From: an uncultured Candidatus Saccharibacteria bacterium | Lineage (GTDB): Bacteria; Patescibacteriota; UBA1384; XYA2-FULL-43-10; 1-14-0-10-43-13 | Reading direction: 5' to 3' | Assembly (NCBI GenBank): GCA_964364265.1 | Contig: CAYILA010000003.1 | Location: forward strand, 19,959 to 83,958 | DNA length: 64,000 bases | Shown here: positions 60,122 to 64,000 of the stretch, piece by piece | How the letters are laid out: every line of letters begins with the position of its first letter | Numbering within the stretch: position 1 is the first letter of the stretch | The notes under the pieces: generated by a model | What the model saw: only the letters and a program-made list of their open reading frames with translations | Told to the model about the DNA's origin: nothing | The model's database searches: none | Translations under genes and position numbers: made by a program

Positions 60122-60268
60122 CTACCCCTGCCTTTGCTTGTGTTTTGGATTTTCGCAAATAACAAACAAGCGTCTCTTCGCTCCCGGGCGCTTTGTTTTG
60201 CTCATCTTGCTTCGCAAAATTATTTTACATTTGCTGCACATTTTTTTGATTGATGCTTGAACTTTCAT
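60122..60268 (-). CDS. rpmJ: 50S ribosomal protein L36, 48 aa (missing from the ORF track)
   Basis: Manual translation [48 protein letters not shown]. Confidence 0.95.
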   Translation of the reverse strand: MKVQASIKKMCSKCKIILRSKMSKTKRPGAKRRLFVICENPKHKQRQG

Positions 60269-60312
60269 TGTACCTTTTTAACACTAAAAAACGACTAAAC
60301 CAGCTGTCATTT

Positions 60313-60546
60313 TTAGGAATTTCTTTCCGGATTTATTCTTCTCGTAATTCTGCCTCGACTTAAATCGTACGGCGTCAACTCGACGGTTACTTTATCTCCC
60401 GCCATGACTTGAATTCGATTTTGAATCATTCTTCCGGAAAGATAGCCCAATACCATATGACCGTTGTCTAGTTCGATTCTAAGTTTCGAATCAGGCAATA
60501 CCTCTGTCACATTACCCGTTACTTCAATTACATCTTTTCTTGTCAT
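60313..60546 (-). CDS. infA: Translation initiation factor IF-1
   Basis: LSGRM and GDKVTVELTPYDLSRGRI motifs. Confidence 0.97.
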   Translation of the reverse strand: MTRKDVIEVTGNVTEVLPDSKLRIELDNGHMVLGYLSGRMIQNRIQVMAGDKVTVELTPYDLSRGRITRRINPERNS

Positions 60547-60601
60547 ATTGTGATTTCTTTAAGAATTTAACATATTTGGACATGTAAGTCAACACTTGCG
60601 G

Positions 60602-61360
60602 CTAGCGCGTAACAATAACCGTCTTGCCGTCAATGATTACAACCGTATCTTCAAAATGAGCGCAGTTGGAGCCGTCCTTCATCGTCACTGTCCAGCCGTC
60701 CTCCTTGGTTTTAACTTTGTTTGAACCGGTACTTAACATCGGTTCGATCGCCAAGGCCATGCCGTTTTTAATCGACGGGCCAAGCAATCCGTCGCCGTAA
60801 TTTGGAATCTGCGGTTCCATATGAAGCTCGGTACCAATCCCGTGCCCGACCAATTCTTTAACAACTGACAAACCGCGCTTATTGGCCTCTTCCTCAATCC
60901 TTTTTCCGATCATACCGATATTTTGGTCCGGTTTTGCGGCCGATACACCGATTTCAAGACATTTTTTAGTTATATCAATCAATTCATGGTCATTTTCCGA
61001 TATTTTACCGACTCCGACTGTTCTGGCCATGTCGGTGTGTACTCCTTTGAAATAGGCGCCGGCATCAATCGAAACGATATCGCCTTCCTTTAATACATCC
61101 TCTTTTGAGGGCAATCCGTGGACAAGATCGGCATTTTTCGAGATACAGGAAGAGCTTGGGTAAAATTCTCCGCCGACTTCATAATTCAAAAATGAGGACG
61201 CCGCCCCGCGTTTTTTAAGTTCGGATTCGATGAACTGGTTAATCTCAAAAGTTGAAACACCGGGTTTTACTAGTTTCAAAACAGAATCAAAAACTTCGGC
61301 CAGAATATGGCCGCACACTTTAATATCTTCGATTTGTTTCTGGCTTAAAATTAAAAACAT
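60602..61360 (-). CDS. map: Methionine aminopeptidase type I
   Basis: HGLP, DMART, GHGIG and IEPM motifs. Confidence 0.95.
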   Translation of the reverse strand: MFLILSQKQIEDIKVCGHILAEVFDSVLKLVKPGVSTFEINQFIESELKKRGAASSFLNYEVGGEFYPSSSCISKNADLVHGLPSKEDVLKEGDIVSIDAGAYFKGVHTDMARTVGVGKISENDHELIDITKKCLEIGVSAAKPDQNIGMIGKRIEEEANKRGLSVVKELVGHGIGTELHMEPQIPNYGDGLLGPSIKNGMALAIEPMLSTGSNKVKTKEDGWTVTMKDGSNCAHFEDTVVIIDGKTVIVTR

Positions 61361-61388
61361 ATATTAATATGCCCGATTTTTGATAGTT

Positions 61389-62048
61389 TTAATTATTTGA
61401 AAATTGTAAAAGAGATCTTTCAATTTCTTCTTTGACTTCCTGAATTGATTTTTCGCCGTCGATGATGATCAGACGGCCGGCTTGTTTGAATAACCTGGTA
61501 ACCTCTTCGATTCTTGGAATGTATTGCCCGATTCGTTTTCTGACCACTTCCTCTTTGTCGTCCGCCCGCGAAACCAAAGCGCCGCCGCAGGATTCGCACA
61601 TCGTGGTTTCACTCTCAATATAGATCTTGCCGCAGATTGAACAGACCTTTCTGTGGATGATTCGGTTGACTGAAGATTCGGGATCGATTTTTAAGTAAAT
61701 CACCAGCGGTTCCCGCCACTTTTTCTCTTTAGCATAATTATTTAACATATTTGCTTGTTCAAAAGAAAAAGGGAAGTTATCGAAGATAATGCCGGTTTCT
61801 CTTTTTTCCAATTCTTTCTTAACTAAATCAAAAACAATATCATCGGGTTGGGGAGTTCCCTCGATGTAGCGTTTATTGATTTCAGCGACAAATGGATCTT
61901 TTGGATTAGATGACTCTATTTCTTTTCTAATCAATTCACCGATACCGACAATCGGAAGGTTCTCCTTCCTTGATAAAAATTCCGCCTGCGTCCCTTTTCC
62001 TGAACCGGGCAACCCCAAAATAGTAAATATTTTTCTTTGAATTTCCAT
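61389..62048 (-). CDS. adk: Adenylate kinase (divergent)
   Basis: GLPGSGKGT, Zn-binding LID and RADD motifs. Located between secY and map. Confidence 0.88.
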   Translation of the reverse strand: MEIQRKIFTILGLPGSGKGTQAEFLSRKENLPIVGIGELIRKEIESSNPKDPFVAEINKRYIEGTPQPDDIVFDLVKKELEKRETGIIFDNFPFSFEQANMLNNYAKEKKWREPLVIYLKIDPESSVNRIIHRKVCSICGKIYIESETTMCESCGGALVSRADDKEEVVRKRIGQYIPRIEEVTRLFKQAGRLIIIDGEKSIQEVKEEIERSLLQFSNN

Positions 62049-62049
62049 A

Positions 62050-63321
62050 TTAATACGCGTCATAAGTATGCATTACGATTTGGGCCTCGATCTGACGCAT
62101 TGTCTCAACTACTACTGAAACGATAATTAAAATTCCGGTACCACCGAGTGAAAAAGTGGTGATGTGGGTAATGCCTTCGACGATGAACGGCAAAATGGCG
62201 ATCAAACCCAAAAATATCGAACCAAAAAGAGTTATTCTGGTAATTACCTTGCCCAAATATTCCCTGGTTTCGCTACCGGGACGGATCCCGGGGATAAATC
62301 CGCTCTGTTTCTGAAGATTTTCGGCAATTTGCTCCGGCTTAAAGACAATACTGGTATAAAAATAAGTGAAAAATACCACCAAAAAAAAGTAGACTATTCC
62401 GTGATAAGTCTGATTAGCAAAAAATTCTCCGACCGCTTTGGCGGAATTGGCGATCCAAGGGGTATAAGCGTTTTCCAAATATTTTGATAGCACTGACGGT
62501 AAGACCAGCAAACTCAAAGCAAAGATAATCGGGATGACGCCGGCGATATTTACCTTGATTGGCAGGAAATTATTGACTGCGCCGCTGCCGGAGTAACGCA
62601 TTTTTCTGGCGTAGGAAATCGGAATTTTCCTCTCCCCCTCTTGAACAAAAACGATTGCGCCGACAACAAATATGATTGCCGCCAGCAGTACGATTGCGCC
62701 GATTATCTTACCGGTATCGCCCGATTGAACCAGAGCGACTGTATTTCTAATCTGAGTCGGCATACCTGAAATAATCCCAAGTGAGATAATTAAGGAAACG
62801 CCGTTGCCGATCCCCTTTTCCGAAATAATTTCACCCAACCACATCAAAAGCATGGTGCCGGCAGTCACTGAAATCAGCATGACGGCAAGGTCGAAAGGCG
62901 TCCAAGTCGGGATAATGCCTTGATTACGAAGCAATACCAACATACTGTAAGCCTGTACCAAAGCCAGCGGCACGGTCGCCATTCGAGTGTATTGGTTGAT
63001 TTTTTTTCGTCCCGCTTCTCCCTCTTTTTGCAACTCCTCGACCGCCGGAAATATCATTCCGAGTAATTGGAAAACGATTGAAGAAGTAATGTAAGGTCCG
63101 ACACCCATCAGAATAATTGAGAAATTACTCATCGTTCCGCCGGAAAACATATTGAGAAGTCCGAAGGCCTGGTTTTGTTCGAAAAAGGTCTGCAGGCGGG
63201 AAATGTCAACGCCGGGAAGCGGGATATGGGCCAAAAGTCTAGTAACCGCCAAAATACCGACTGTTATGATTATTTTCAGCCGCAGGTCTTTATATCTCCA
63301 TATTTTTTCCAGTTTTTCCAT
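62050..63321 (-). CDS. secY: Protein translocase subunit SecY
   Basis: GVGPYITSSI, GIGNG.S and IPGIRPG motifs. Confidence 0.98.
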   Translation of the reverse strand: MEKLEKIWRYKDLRLKIIITVGILAVTRLLAHIPLPGVDISRLQTFFEQNQAFGLLNMFSGGTMSNFSIILMGVGPYITSSIVFQLLGMIFPAVEELQKEGEAGRKKINQYTRMATVPLALVQAYSMLVLLRNQGIIPTWTPFDLAVMLISVTAGTMLLMWLGEIISEKGIGNGVSLIISLGIISGMPTQIRNTVALVQSGDTGKIIGAIVLLAAIIFVVGAIVFVQEGERKIPISYARKMRYSGSGAVNNFLPIKVNIAGVIPIIFALSLLVLPSVLSKYLENAYTPWIANSAKAVGEFFANQTYHGIVYFFLVVFFTYFYTSIVFKPEQIAENLQKQSGFIPGIRPGSETREYLGKVITRITLFGSIFLGLIAILPFIVEGITHITTFSLGGTGILIIVSVVVETMRQIEAQIVMHTYDAY

Positions 63322-63404
63322 ATTCCTACACTACCCAATCCGTGCCTATAAGTCAATCGTATTGGAGCACATTTAATCCTTCTTTACTATTCTTTTCTCC
63401 AACA

Positions 63405-63803
63405 CTATTGTCCGGCGCCGTATTGACCTGAAAAACCTCCCTTTTTAGGGAGTAATTTTACAGTCAAAACAAACTTCCTCGTCCCGCCGGCCGGATCGGG
63501 GACTTCATCTGTTTGATTTTTTTCCCATTCCCGCAGCAACTCGGCATTTAGGATCTCTTTAATAGTGGAGATCTCCTCCAGATTTTCCCTCATCTCAAGA
63601 GTCAGTTTTTGATTCGGACCGGTACTTACTATATTGTCTTTGATCTGCTTCTTTTTTTGGTTCGCTTCTTTTGATTCTTCAAAAGCTGTCATATACTCGG
63701 GTGAACTTTCCAACTCGCTTTTTAGCATCTCTCGGCAAGCACGCACTTCCTCCTGTAATTTTTCCAGCGCTTCAATTCTTTTCTGGATTGATTGTTCTTC
63801 CAT
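63405..63803 (-). CDS. Coiled-coil hypothetical protein
   Basis: E/K-rich helical ORF with a GGAG RBS before ATG 63803. Confidence 0.7.
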   Translation of the reverse strand: MEEQSIQKRIEALEKLQEEVRACREMLKSELESSPEYMTAFEESKEANQKKKQIKDNIVSTGPNQKLTLEMRENLEEISTIKEILNAELLREWEKNQTDEVPDPAGGTRKFVLTVKLLPKKGGFSGQYGAGQ

Positions 63804-63824
63804 TGCTTCTCCCAAATAATAGAT

Positions 63825-63998
63825 TTATGTACCGAATTTGATCGTTTTAAACATTGTCTCAAACTGTTCGATAAGGCTGCTTCCTGAAGATATCAGATTA
63901 ATCTCCCAAATCGATCCGCTGTTGTTTATAAAATATGTTTTGGTCGTAATCTTTGAATCGGCCTTTACCAGAGGATTTGGAGAGACCAGATATGTCGG
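63825..63998 (-). CDS. C-terminal part of a hypothetical protein (runs off the window edge)
   Basis: Open frame ending ...IEQFETMFKTIKFGT*. Confidence 0.55.
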   Translation of the reverse strand, partial: PTYLVSPNPLVKADSKITTKTYFINNSGSIWEINLISSGSSLIEQFETMFKTIKFGT

Positions 63999-64000
63999 TA

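Overview
This is a core-chromosome segment, most likely from a Patescibacteria (CPR) bacterium using the standard code. The assignment is an inference from the rpsU-yqeY-ybeY-dgkA-ftsA-ftsZ-nrdR synteny, nusA without rimP, shortened AspRS and PheS, and an SIS-type PGI/PMI. It encodes division, glycolysis, envelope and translation genes, including the secY-adk-map-infA-rpmJ-alpha operon, plus tRNA-Leu(CAA) and tRNA-Ala(GGC). I found no CRISPR array, prophage or transposase. The strongest signal is a set of tiny palindromic elements. A stand-alone 85-aa GIY-YIG nuclease gene sits between a duplicated, palindrome-interrupted 5' fragment of tRNA-Ala and the intact tRNA. The adjacent leuS carries three different in-frame palindromic insertions. 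rlmD carries a palindrome nested in an octamer repeat, and related hairpin elements sit in translation operons. Other points are three candidate promoter-hairpin-terminator sRNAs (one ECF-type with a C-rich loop), an L36 with an 11-aa insertion, a probably inactive gpmI paralogue, and active-site substitutions in MreB and Adk. All calls were made by eye, with no database searches.
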